Shown: positions 27,925 to 37,792 of the stretch, one piece after another
Layout: every line of letters starts with the position of its first letter
Numbering within the stretch: the first letter of the stretch is position 1
IMG/VR virus record: IMGVR_UViG_3300020045_003677
Span: 1 to 60,097 of that record
Strand: one strand, 5' to 3'
DNA: 60,097 nucleotides
Source of the DNA: a virus
Lineage: Duplodnaviria; Heunggongvirae; Uroviricota; Caudoviricetes
The notes under the pieces: generated by a model
Seen by the model: only the letters and a program-made list of their open reading frames with translations
What the model was told of the DNA's origin: nothing
Databases searched by the model: none
Made by a program: the position numbers and the translations under genes

Positions 27925-28409
27925 AAGAATGATTTTAAAGCGCCCATTAACTGAGAGACCTGTGGCCCTCGTAATATATAATTGTTATAATTATCTACTG
28001 TAAGAGCCTCTATTTCAGCTTTTCCAGTTGTGTACATTACCTTTACCATTGGTAATATAGCTACTAACTCATCAGGAAGAGGAGATAGTAATAACTGGCA
28101 CCGCATTACTAATAGTAGTATTTCGTTGCTTAGTGCCTCCAGATCTGCTCTAAAGAACTCTTTCACTTCTTCTAGGTCTGCCCCACCAGTGCCATTGTAT
28201 GGCTTCCACACTCCGTCATTATAGACGTACTTTCCACCTGCCCAATCTATAGGTGCCTCAACATTGTCAAACAGTAATGCGTTTGATGATGTTATATCGC
28301 ACACTATCTCTCCATTTATAATGCTATTTCTCTCGTTGAATACTACCTCTACTTCATCTTCTAGTAGATACTTTGAAATCCCATAGTCTGTTGTCACTAT
28401 TGTTTTCAT
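27921..28409 (-). CDS. tail fibre assembly / chaperone-like protein, 162 aa
   Basis: DWAGGKYVYNDGVW motif followed by a helical C-terminal domain; directly downstream of fibre-like genes. Confidence 0.45.
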   Translation of the reverse strand: MKTIVTTDYGISKYLLEDEVEVVFNERNSIINGEIVCDITSSNALLFDNVEAPIDWAGGKYVYNDGVWKPYNGTGGADLEEVKEFFRADLEALSNEILLLVMRCQLLLSPLPDELVAILPMVKVMYTTGKAEIEALTVDNYNNYILRGPQVSQLMGALKSFL

Positions 28410-28410
28410 A

Positions 28411-31101
28411 TTATGCCCCCTTTAGTTTTATTGATGTTGTTGATATTGCTTTACCTATTAATACACCGTTTAACGGTACTACTCCAGTTGTTCCATCTGC
28501 ATATACGTAATAGTCGTACCCTGGTGACAGTCCTGAATATCCAGAGTAAACACCACCTAGTAGTTGCACCGGTCTAACATCATTAGCCACTCCGCTACTA
28601 GTCAAGACTCCTACTATAGAAGATTCATCTAAGTTAGTGGTATCTGTTGTTATATGACCAATCTCCATCTTAGATGTTTGGTGCATTACTGCTACTTCTC
28701 CAGATTTTATTGGACTAGCACACATAAATGTCTTTGCAGCATTATTAAGTTTAGCAGTAGATACTGATACTATTTCAGTAGGTGATATTATATCAAATAC
28801 CTCCAGAGTTCTAGGCACGTCACTGTCTCCACTTGCAGACACTCCATAGTATAATGAGAACCTATTTGCTACATCAGAGTCAAATGCCACAACAATCTCA
28901 ACCAGTGAGGCTACACTTTTAAGCGTGATTGCTGGGTATAAAGTAAACGCATCTCGAAGTATCTCTCCAACAATAGCTTTGGTATAAAATGGTGTAGTAC
29001 CATCCGAATACACTATTATGAAGTACTTCTTGTCTTTATCTATATCAAACCCTGTGTCTTTACAATACCCTGTTAGTGTTCTATCAACTACAGTTGCCCA
29101 AGTACTAGTGCTAAACGAGGTTATGTTTAGGGATGTATCCCTATATGGAGCAACTACCATTACGGCATCTGCACTCATAGACTTTGGAAATATCGGCAAA
29201 GAAAACCCGTTATTAGATGATGAATCCAGAACTGCTGATGCAACAGCCGTTGTACCAGTAAGAGTTACCTTCATAAGGTATGCATACGTACTGTAGGTGC
29301 ACCCAACATATACTATATTTGGGACGTACGCGTCAAACTTCATACTACGTACAGAGTACGAGTTGGTTGTTCTTATCACACCATATGCACTACTAGACCC
29401 AACCACGTCATTTGTTATAGTACCTATTGCTAAGTCTACTCCTGTAGAGTACCCGCAAGCAGCGACAAATCTACCCTGTGTTATAGGATCATACTCCACT
29501 CTTACAGATGTAACTGTTGCTCCGTTATTGTAGAAAGTTGCATTATTACTAAGAACGACTATCTTATTATTAGTTAGAGTACATAGTGATACAGCTATGT
29601 AAGTAGTCGTACCATAGGCAACTAAAAATCTATTCTGGTTGAACGGATCGAATGATAATGTGATAGTGGCCGCTCCGTAGTCTACGGCACCACCATACTT
29701 TGGAATATTAGAAGTTAGTGTGTATATGTACGTTTTAAACACGTGTCGTCCAGTAGCTACCAAAAACTTACCAGTTCCTGGAATAGCAGCCATTGAGGAA
29801 TATGTTTCAGCGTAATTCGTTAAAGCTGACCCTATACTAGAGTTACTACCAGACACTGAACTTATAGTAGTACCAGACACTGTAACAGTTAGTACAGTTG
29901 TAATATTTGACGATGCTAAAAAGTATTGAACAAATACTACCCCAGCACTTGTTGTAGAGTATGCTACTGTACAAAAATCAAGTGACCCTAGTGTACCTGT
30001 AGTATCAAGAGTTTTAGTAGTACCAAATGAGACGGCCGTACCACTTATAGTTCCAATTCTCGCAAATTTAGAGTATACAGAAGCTGTTGGAGTCCATACT
30101 ATTATAAACTTTGTGCTGTCATTAGGGTCAAAACTAAATGCTGGCCTTGCAGTTGCGGAAGTATAGTACGTATAAACAGTATTATAGGTTATAGTGGTAC
30201 CAGATATTGACGCTATAACTAGAGTGCCCGTAGAGGTACCTCCTGTTGCAAGCAAGGCTGCTGTAGACGACCCGGGCAAATACGATACATCCGAGTAAGT
30301 TGTCCCCAATCCACTAACCTGCGCAGGTGTGCCGGTAGTAACATTATTACTGCCGTCTAGTTGTATGGTCACTATATAGTTGTATGGTGAGGTATAGTAA
30401 CTGCAGATAAACTTGCCGGCTGCGGCAATATCGTTTGATACCGATACACTAGTTGCTGTAGCTACAGTAGACACAATTGTTACTGCTGTCGCTGCGGAAA
30501 TAGTTGTACCAGTTACAGAACATACAGAAGCCTTAAGCGACAATGCTGTAGAGTCCGTATATGTTACAATAAACCTTCCACTAACTTGTGCATCAAATGC
30601 TACATCGGCCTTTCTAACTGCGTATGTACTATCTACAGGAGACCCTATTAAAACTGGGGTACCTGTTGTAACTATTTCCTCACTAATAGTTCCAGCTACC
30701 ACGTAGACGCAATATACGGAAGCAACTGACTTTCTGTATACCATTACAAACCTAGAACTATTATTAGGATCAAACTTTATTCTATATACAACTATGTTTT
30801 TGGTGGTATCATAAGACTCGTACTCTGTCTGATAGATGTATGGTACTGTTGTTGGGGTAACAACTTCTTTTATGGATTCTATTTTACCGGTCTCCAACAT
30901 CTGTACCACTGTACCAGCAAGTATAGACTCATTTAACGTAAGGTTCGCAATAGTCTTGTCTTCTGTTCCTAATAGTTCTGATAGTTTTTTAGTTCCGGTA
31001 ACTGCATCGGTAAACGTCATGTTGCCGTCTACATCTTTTCCTATCTTTGTTGCGGAGTTCTTAATTCCCAGGTAATCCTTTACTATTAATTCTTTAGCCA
31101 T
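28411..31101 (-). CDS. decoration/fibre protein with two predicted 7-blade beta-propellers, 896 aa
   Basis: Fourteen ~50-aa repeats of the type (F/Y)DP-x3-5-(R/K)F-h-h-x-Y. Termini resemble a capsid-cement (DUF2190-like) domain (ESILAGTVV ... GLSPGYDYYVYADG...IGKAISTT). Confidence 0.65.
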   Translation of the reverse strand: MAKELIVKDYLGIKNSATKIGKDVDGNMTFTDAVTGTKKLSELLGTEDKTIANLTLNESILAGTVVQMLETGKIESIKEVVTPTTVPYIYQTEYESYDTTKNIVVYRIKFDPNNSSRFVMVYRKSVASVYCVYVVAGTISEEIVTTGTPVLIGSPVDSTYAVRKADVAFDAQVSGRFIVTYTDSTALSLKASVCSVTGTTISAATAVTIVSTVATATSVSVSNDIAAAGKFICSYYTSPYNYIVTIQLDGSNNVTTGTPAQVSGLGTTYSDVSYLPGSSTAALLATGGTSTGTLVIASISGTTITYNTVYTYYTSATARPAFSFDPNDSTKFIIVWTPTASVYSKFARIGTISGTAVSFGTTKTLDTTGTLGSLDFCTVAYSTTSAGVVFVQYFLASSNITTVLTVTVSGTTISSVSGSNSSIGSALTNYAETYSSMAAIPGTGKFLVATGRHVFKTYIYTLTSNIPKYGGAVDYGAATITLSFDPFNQNRFLVAYGTTTYIAVSLCTLTNNKIVVLSNNATFYNNGATVTSVRVEYDPITQGRFVAACGYSTGVDLAIGTITNDVVGSSSAYGVIRTTNSYSVRSMKFDAYVPNIVYVGCTYSTYAYLMKVTLTGTTAVASAVLDSSSNNGFSLPIFPKSMSADAVMVVAPYRDTSLNITSFSTSTWATVVDRTLTGYCKDTGFDIDKDKKYFIIVYSDGTTPFYTKAIVGEILRDAFTLYPAITLKSVASLVEIVVAFDSDVANRFSLYYGVSASGDSDVPRTLEVFDIISPTEIVSVSTAKLNNAAKTFMCASPIKSGEVAVMHQTSKMEIGHITTDTTNLDESSIVGVLTSSGVANDVRPVQLLGGVYSGYSGLSPGYDYYVYADGTTGVVPLNGVLIGKAISTTSIKLKGA

Positions 31102-31104
31102 TTC

Positions 31105-32646
31105 TTATATTGTTAATAGCATTTCAGTGGCACTTATCGCAATGCCGACTCTTACATCAGTAACACTAGTGGTTATTGTTCCGTCTTGATTCAAGTAGTA
31201 CTTTAGTCCTGGAGATAAACTACTAAATTCTGAGCATGACCCAGAAAGTTGTACTTTACAGGAAGTCCCTGTAGTAGATGTGATGGTAGATACACCTACT
31301 ACAGATCTAGGCCATACATTGCTCACTGTTGTAGTCATCTGTCCCAGTACTACGGTAGCTATTGAACTATTAGATAAGTCATTATACCCAATCATAAATC
31401 TACATTGGTAGTATGGGTCTTGGTCAATAACACAACCACCAGAAGCTACTGCTAAAGTACTACCACCAAATGTTATAGTGTTTCCGGAAATAGTACCAAC
31501 CATTGAGTATACAGCAGTAGCACTAGAGTGAACTAGTATAACTGAACTATTTGTCATCAGGTCAATCTGAGTAGCAAACGTGCCATTAGTATCCATTGTG
31601 GTTATTAACGATTCAGTACCAAATGATAGAGTTGTGCCGGTAACCGTTGCAATTCTATATGATAGACTGGTTCCTTGCTTATACATTACTAAGACAGAGT
31701 TCTGTGATGTAAACGAACAACTACGTATCATTTGGGTAGCAGACGCCGATGCTGTACCAACTAGTCCATATGTTATGGATGTCCCGGTAACAGTACCTAC
31801 TCTCATCGTTCCAACATTTGAGGCTGCATATGATACAATGAACCTGTCCTGAGTATATTTATCAAACATTATTAATGGAGCAGATATACTAGCCGAAGTA
31901 AATGCAACAGCGGTTCCCTTGGTGACAGTAGTTCCAGAGGTACCAGCAGAGAAGGCTGTTACCGTGCCATACGCGTTTATATTTCTGTAGCATATTAAAT
32001 ACCTTCCAGTTACAAACGGATCTGCTACTATTACAGGACCATATGTAGAATCGCTTAGATACACTAGTTCAGCACCTGCAATCACTTTAGTATCCTCTAT
32101 GGTACAAGTCATTGTATACCCGTACGAAGTAATACCCTTTAGGTAAGAAATAAAGATCCTATCCCTAACCAGCGGGTCATACACACCCATCACGTTACCA
32201 ACGTAAGTGGTCATTAGGATATTTTCTGGCCCAAATATAACCCCACCATCAAGTTGTATTGTTCCTATTACCACAGCTGCATAAGTATACTGGCCCGACA
32301 CAAACCCCTCGTATGTGATAGCGAATTTGTTTCTATTGAATGGGTCGAATGACACACTCATGCTAGATACTGCAGACGTATATGATTCAGTGGATGCTCC
32401 AGACGGAATTGCTGTCTGTAGGGTCTTAATACCAGAACTTTCTATATTACCTGACCCCAGCATACTAACAAACTTGCCTTTTATAATATCCTCATTATAG
32501 GTAAAGTTTCTAAAGAATGAACTGGTTCCTCCCAATTCTGAGAGTTTTTTACTCCCTGTATTTGCATCACTGACTGTTAGTTCGTTAGTGGATACCCCCA
32601 CATTAGTGGAGGGATCCTTTATTCCAATTGAGTCTCTTACTATCAT
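31105..32646 (-). CDS. paralogous decoration/fibre protein with one predicted 7-blade propeller, 513 aa (start corrected to MIVRDS)
   Basis: ATGA overlap with the stop at 32643. Seven FDP-type repeats. N-terminus (GIK...D..TG.KKLSEL) and C-terminus (SLSPGLKYYLNQDG...VGIAISAT) are shared with the 896-aa gene. Confidence 0.7.
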   Translation of the reverse strand: MIVRDSIGIKDPSTNVGVSTNELTVSDANTGSKKLSELGGTSSFFRNFTYNEDIIKGKFVSMLGSGNIESSGIKTLQTAIPSGASTESYTSAVSSMSVSFDPFNRNKFAITYEGFVSGQYTYAAVVIGTIQLDGGVIFGPENILMTTYVGNVMGVYDPLVRDRIFISYLKGITSYGYTMTCTIEDTKVIAGAELVYLSDSTYGPVIVADPFVTGRYLICYRNINAYGTVTAFSAGTSGTTVTKGTAVAFTSASISAPLIMFDKYTQDRFIVSYAASNVGTMRVGTVTGTSITYGLVGTASASATQMIRSCSFTSQNSVLVMYKQGTSLSYRIATVTGTTLSFGTESLITTMDTNGTFATQIDLMTNSSVILVHSSATAVYSMVGTISGNTITFGGSTLAVASGGCVIDQDPYYQCRFMIGYNDLSNSSIATVVLGQMTTTVSNVWPRSVVGVSTITSTTGTSCKVQLSGSCSEFSSLSPGLKYYLNQDGTITTSVTDVRVGIAISATEMLLTI

Positions 32647-35600
32647 AGTTTTCTTATTGAGGCACGTATACTCCAATTATCCGTAGTAACAGTTGCTCTA
32701 AGTTCTACATTAGACCCATTCATTACTACAGATAGAGTAACTTGTGAAGTGTCTCCTATGTCGCTAGTTGACTGTTCAGTGTATTCAATAGAGCTTCCGT
32801 TATTAACAGAGATAACTGTTCCTGCTCGAACGTTGGTGCCATTCTTTATTAAGTAGTCAAAGAATATAGCACCACTAGTATTTGCGATAGTGGCTACCAT
32901 TTCTGTACCTATATCAATGTCAGTGTTTTCCTGAATTGGAATAGCCGCATCAGCAAAGTTGTATACACCATTCCCATCAGTTTTCAGGAATTGACCTGCT
33001 CCTCCATCTGATATTGCAGTGACAGTACCGTCGGCCGCTGTTGAAAGAATACGTGGTTTAGTCGATATAAGTGAACTAAGCAGTAGACTGCTCCTGAATC
33101 TAGCAGTACCATTTCCTAATATTCCAAATAACTCTGAGTCATTGGAATCAACAAATCTAGTAACCATACTACCACTGCCTAAGTCTCCTCCTTTCACATA
33201 GAGACCCTCACCACCATTACCATTAAGTGTGGTGCTCCCAGTCATCCATATATTACCAGATTGAGCCGCTACAGGTGAGACATTAACATAGTTAGCTGAA
33301 CCGCTTATTGGTGCTTTGTTTGCCAACCCCGGAACAGTAGGTAGATCTGCAGTACCACCTAAATCTCCAGCCAATTTAATGATACCCTTAACTAAAGTAG
33401 TAGCATCGACAGGAGCTTGTTGATCAATCTGGTATCGCGTAGTTCCAATAGTGCCATAGAAGTGGGTACCGTCAAATTCGAATGTACCAGCCTCTGGGTT
33501 AGTAAGATTAACTCCTGTAGTAAATTTTAATGGAGCTGTGTTAGCCGCCGCTGTACCTGCCTTTAAATGCAACACCGCTGTTGGAGTTATTCCGAATCCT
33601 GTTTTTCCTGATCCAGGATTGAAAAAGAATCCACCTGTTGTAGTACTATATGTAGCAAGATTCCCTGCACCATTCCATTTCATACCAAATATATCAGAGC
33701 CCGCAGGATTTGCTACTGCAATACTTGGTTGGTGAGCATCTGTTGTTCGTTTATCCCAAACATAAAACCCCCTTGAAGTATCAGTAGATGTACTTTCAAT
33801 TTCTGCTTTTAGTACTGAAGCATATGAAGTTAAAACACCTTTATAACCTAATAGAACAGGTGCAGAAGTACCAGTTAATTTAGTACCTTTATAAATCATT
33901 CCAGTGGTGTAAGTATCCCCTGCAATATTAAGTTTCTCACTTAAGGTTTCCGTACCAATCCCCACATTCGTTGCATCCGTCCAAATAGGACTATTGGCTA
34001 ATACTGTTGCTGATTTATATGGAAGATACCCCGTAGTAAGTCCGGTTGCTGGGTAAACTGATGATACAGCAAAATCTGTACTTGCACTCTGAGCAGCACT
34101 TCCTAGCCCTAGACTAGTACGTCCAGTTGCAGCTACCAATCCAGTAGAACCACCATCCCACTGTCTAGTCTGAGAATAAGCCGTATCCCACTCAGTTTGT
34201 TTTGCTGTAGTAGGAATACCATATCCAGCAGCGTAGGTAAGTGCTAATGTTCCAGAAGATGTTACCGGGTTTCCTGTTATTGATAGTCCTAAAGGAACTG
34301 TCATATCAACCGATGTAACTGTACCTGTACTGGACCCTGCTCCAATAGCTATTTTAAATGCTGTGGCGTCGAGTAAAGAGACTGTATTATCTGCGTTTAC
34401 ACGAAGAAATGTTATAGCAGATGGGTTAGTTACCGTAAATAGGTTGGACCCTACTACAGTGGCTCCTAATGATGTTCTACCAGTTGCAGCTACTAGACCT
34501 GTCGACCCGCCATCCCACTTGTTTCTATCTGTATACGCGGTATCCCAATTAGTCTGACTAGATGTTGTAGGTATTGAATAACCACTCTGTAACCCTATTG
34601 CAATGGTTCCGGTAGTAGTGACCGGAGATCCAGATACTATAGTCAATCCTGTAGGTACTGATACTGCTACAGATGTTACTGCAGTTGTAAGCCATGGTGG
34701 TGTTACATACTCTAGTGCAGTACCACCGGCATTTACTCTAAGTACTTGCAGGGCTGTTCCTATAGCGGTAAGTCCTGTACCACCCTTTGCAACTGCAATT
34801 GATGTAGCACTCCATGTACCTGTAGTGATGGTACCAACAGTTGTGATGCTTGATGAACCTGCTACTGGTGATAGGGTATTTAGTAAAACATTGGTGGCTA
34901 ACCCACCAGAATCAAACCCAGCTAAGCTACTTTCAGTACCTATATGTCCAGATACTGCCCATGTAAGGTTTGATAGCACAGCATGATTGTTTGTGGCTAT
35001 ACCACTTACAGATATCTGAGATGCTCTATTACCAGTTATGTAGGTAATTCCTCCAGTTGCTATTCTACACTTTCCTATATTTGAATCAGATGCTAAAGTA
35101 ACAAAAGTTAGTCTAGTGTACACTACATATTCTGCTGTACTTGATGCTATGTCTCCGAAATTTAATCCTCTAGTATCTTCCGCTTGGGCTGTAGCAAGTG
35201 AGCTAAATGTTGCTTGCGGTTGTAACATTACCATCCTATACTTCTGTGAAGCAGCATCACTAGTAGATGGAATTAATACTTGGTATACATTATAGAACTT
35301 GCCAGTTGAACCGGCAACCATTGCACCTGTTACAGTATTGTTTACTTGAATGTATGTATTAGTGGTAGCTATAAATGGAGTAGTGCTGGTTAGTCCAAAT
35401 GTCATAACTCCGCCAACTCCAACATATGCTGTAGTATATGTGCCCTCATTCCACAATGGAACTGTAGTTCTACTATCCTCATCTTTAATTACTGCAGCAC
35501 TAAAGCTTGGTGTTGTAGCTGAATCTACAGCACTATTTTCTACATATGTTCCAACAACAGGCTTACCACCAGACACTAGGTATGTTCCTAGTTGACTATG

Positions 35601-37409
35601 CAATTCTTCATGAGTTTGGTAATCCATCACACCATGAGTTTCTCGAATTGCAAACGAGGCTGCGGAAGTAGCTTTATACTTAACTGCCGATACCATACAA
35701 TCTTCAAATGCCCATATTGTAGAAGACCATGTAAAGTTGGTGCCATCAGTACTCATAAGATACCAATTACCTTCAGTTGCCGTATGTGCAGCACTAGTCC
35801 ATGGAGATGTAAGAGTCTTAACAACTCCTCTCCACATATACCTAAGGTCACCTGTAAGAGTTATGGTCCTGTTTGTCCAGTTATAACTTACATCAATACC
35901 GTCACCGGCTAAGAATCCTGTTAATGATTTAGCGTCAACCAGTACAGACTTGTCTACCTTTAGAGCTAACGCACTAAACACTGAGTCCTGGGATGGAGCA
36001 ATAGTTGTTAGCCCACTAGTAATAGTGTTTGCTACTTTTGCATCTGCATATGCTGTACTAGCTGCTACAGTAGAGTTAGTGTTAGCTACTGCAGTCGGTA
36101 CTAATGGGGAACTATTAAAAGTCTTAATTCCATAAATAGTCTGTGCTTGATCATTTATGTGCCCATAAGTAATTCCGGATCCAACTAAACTAATGTTAGC
36201 AGTATCATCATGGTTTACTACACTGGAGTACGAATATTGTTTAGAAAGTAGTGATTGAGTCACCCCGCTTACTGCGTTGTAGCTAATTATAGATCTACCT
36301 ATCAACATACAGTGACGTTTTAGTATAGGGGATAGATCTGTTCTAGGCATTTCTAATGCGGCATCTGTAGGGTTATTGTAGTTTCCAACTGTACCTAATA
36401 CATAGAAAAGTTGTTTACTATCACCTATAGATCGATACCACCACCGTACAGCATATTTATTATTACTGATATTACCTAGTGTAGTACCATTATTAAACTG
36501 CGTGTTATTGTAGACTGTTTTATTGGAGTAAGTCCACCCTGTTGGAGTATTTATGGCCTCAGTCATCATATCAGATGCTGAGGTGAAGTATCCAACATCT
36601 TGATGAATTGCTCCAGTATACACCAGTGAGCTTGTTACATTTATTGTGCGTGGTGCAGGAGACGTAGTCTCAGTAATCATCATACCACCATCAGCCGATA
36701 TTTTGTATAGGTCAGTATGGTACATAGCACTCTGGGCCTTATTAGCAAGTCCTGCTCCAAGGCTATCAAAATTAAGAGAGTGGATAACGGTACCAAGTCT
36801 CCATACCACAAAGATAGGAAGTATATCGCTATGGTTCAAATCAGAACCTACTGTCTCCTTATAGTATATTGGATTACCAACATTAAATCGCACACTAACA
36901 TACTCTTCTACACCATCGGTAAATGATAACGTTGCCTGTGGTATAACAAAAGTCTGCATAGTACCAATGTAACCTGGTGCAGGGTAGATATTTACAGTGG
37001 TAGAAGTAATTGTTGCCGTACCATCTCCATTGTCTATCAAATCAGGTGGTGTAGTACACCCAGTTGAAATTCTACCCGCAACCGCATCTGCATATGTTTT
37101 AACTGCCTTTACAGATGGGTACTTTACGTCTGATGAATAGTCGGTAAGTATAGATAATGACTTATTTTCAAGTAACTCATACACTCCAGTATGAAGATGG
37201 TTTCCATATGCTACTTGATTAGCTGCCGTACCAATATCACCATTAGCTAACAGTGTCTCGAATGTAACCTGAGGCAGGTCCACATGTGTGTACTGATCTG
37301 TTCCAGAATCATACACTATAACCCTTCCATCGGCTAATGTACCAACATCTACAACCTTTCCTGCAAGAGTGTTTAATATAACCTTAATAGAGTTCTGTAA
37401 TGGTTTCAT
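32643..37409 (-). CDS. long tail fibre protein, 1588 aa
   Basis: Thr/Ser/Gly-rich with an HxH motif. Duplicated module TVTSV...PTT..QTxWDTAY....WDGGSTGLVAATGRTSLG, GxGGTG repeat, and KGIIKLAGDLGGTA fibre segment. Confidence 0.8.
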   Translation of the reverse strand: MKPLQNSIKVILNTLAGKVVDVGTLADGRVIVYDSGTDQYTHVDLPQVTFETLLANGDIGTAANQVAYGNHLHTGVYELLENKSLSILTDYSSDVKYPSVKAVKTYADAVAGRISTGCTTPPDLIDNGDGTATITSTTVNIYPAPGYIGTMQTFVIPQATLSFTDGVEEYVSVRFNVGNPIYYKETVGSDLNHSDILPIFVVWRLGTVIHSLNFDSLGAGLANKAQSAMYHTDLYKISADGGMMITETTSPAPRTINVTSSLVYTGAIHQDVGYFTSASDMMTEAINTPTGWTYSNKTVYNNTQFNNGTTLGNISNNKYAVRWWYRSIGDSKQLFYVLGTVGNYNNPTDAALEMPRTDLSPILKRHCMLIGRSIISYNAVSGVTQSLLSKQYSYSSVVNHDDTANISLVGSGITYGHINDQAQTIYGIKTFNSSPLVPTAVANTNSTVAASTAYADAKVANTITSGLTTIAPSQDSVFSALALKVDKSVLVDAKSLTGFLAGDGIDVSYNWTNRTITLTGDLRYMWRGVVKTLTSPWTSAAHTATEGNWYLMSTDGTNFTWSSTIWAFEDCMVSAVKYKATSAASFAIRETHGVMDYQTHEELHSQLGTYLVSGGKPVVGTYVENSAVDSATTPSFSAAVIKDEDSRTTVPLWNEGTYTTAYVGVGGVMTFGLTSTTPFIATTNTYIQVNNTVTGAMVAGSTGKFYNVYQVLIPSTSDAASQKYRMVMLQPQATFSSLATAQAEDTRGLNFGDIASSTAEYVVYTRLTFVTLASDSNIGKCRIATGGITYITGNRASQISVSGIATNNHAVLSNLTWAVSGHIGTESSLAGFDSGGLATNVLLNTLSPVAGSSSITTVGTITTGTWSATSIAVAKGGTGLTAIGTALQVLRVNAGGTALEYVTPPWLTTAVTSVAVSVPTGLTIVSGSPVTTTGTIAIGLQSGYSIPTTSSQTNWDTAYTDRNKWDGGSTGLVAATGRTSLGATVVGSNLFTVTNPSAITFLRVNADNTVSLLDATAFKIAIGAGSSTGTVTSVDMTVPLGLSITGNPVTSSGTLALTYAAGYGIPTTAKQTEWDTAYSQTRQWDGGSTGLVAATGRTSLGLGSAAQSASTDFAVSSVYPATGLTTGYLPYKSATVLANSPIWTDATNVGIGTETLSEKLNIAGDTYTTGMIYKGTKLTGTSAPVLLGYKGVLTSYASVLKAEIESTSTDTSRGFYVWDKRTTDAHQPSIAVANPAGSDIFGMKWNGAGNLATYSTTTGGFFFNPGSGKTGFGITPTAVLHLKAGTAAANTAPLKFTTGVNLTNPEAGTFEFDGTHFYGTIGTTRYQIDQQAPVDATTLVKGIIKLAGDLGGTADLPTVPGLANKAPISGSANYVNVSPVAAQSGNIWMTGSTTLNGNGGEGLYVKGGDLGSGSMVTRFVDSNDSELFGILGNGTARFRSSLLLSSLISTKPRILSTAADGTVTAISDGGAGQFLKTDGNGVYNFADAAIPIQENTDIDIGTEMVATIANTSGAIFFDYLIKNGTNVRAGTVISVNNGSSIEYTEQSTSDIGDTSQVTLSVVMNGSNVELRATVTTDNWSIRASIRKL

Positions 37410-37440
37410 ATGTGATAATGGTATTGAGTATAAAGAGTTT

Positions 37441-37467
37441 GGGCCTGATTATAAATTAACCAAGCCC
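37441..37467. terminator. intergenic hairpin (possible weak or bidirectional terminator)
   Basis: 11-bp stem GGGCTTGGTTA / TAATCAGGCCC on the minus strand; no clean U-tract. Confidence 0.4.
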
Positions 37468-37476
37468 ATGTTTTAG

Positions 37477-37749
37477 CTATCCTGCTAATTCGTTTTTTAT
37501 TTCTTCAAGCTTTTCCGTTAGCGGTGTTATTACTGGTAGAATTGCTGATGGATCTGTTGCACTAAACGAAACCGATGACTTACCTGTTTGTTTATTTAAT
37601 GTGATGGTGAGATACTGTTCAGGAGTACTTTCGAACTGTACCGTTCCTGAAATTGTTAGTTCTGTTATTGTTAACAATACTAGCAGCTCCCCAATCATTG
37701 TAGTTCCACTAATAGTTGTGGTATTGAATGTTGTGATAGAATTAATCAT
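37477..37749 (-). CDS. hypothetical protein, 90 aa
   Basis: Short ORF downstream of the TTACTATAAT motif; beta-rich with C-terminal helix. Confidence 0.55.
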   Translation of the reverse strand: MINSITTFNTTTISGTTMIGELLVLLTITELTISGTVQFESTPEQYLTITLNKQTGKSSVSFSATDPSAILPVITPLTEKLEEIKNELAG

Positions 37750-37776
37750 AAAAATGTGGTTTACATTGTTTAATAT

Positions 37777-37786
37777 ATTATAGTAA
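37777..37786 (-). promoter_or_regulatory. TTACTATAAT repeated motif (putative late promoter)
   Basis: Exact copy between the stop at 37793 and the ATG at 37749. Confidence 0.65.
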
Positions 37787-37792
37787 AGTTAT

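Noticed and set aside
24374-32646. Invertible tail-fibre shufflon driven by the recombinase
   Set aside because: No opposite-strand fibre cassettes or convincing inverted repeats were seen. All genes are co-oriented in this assembly.
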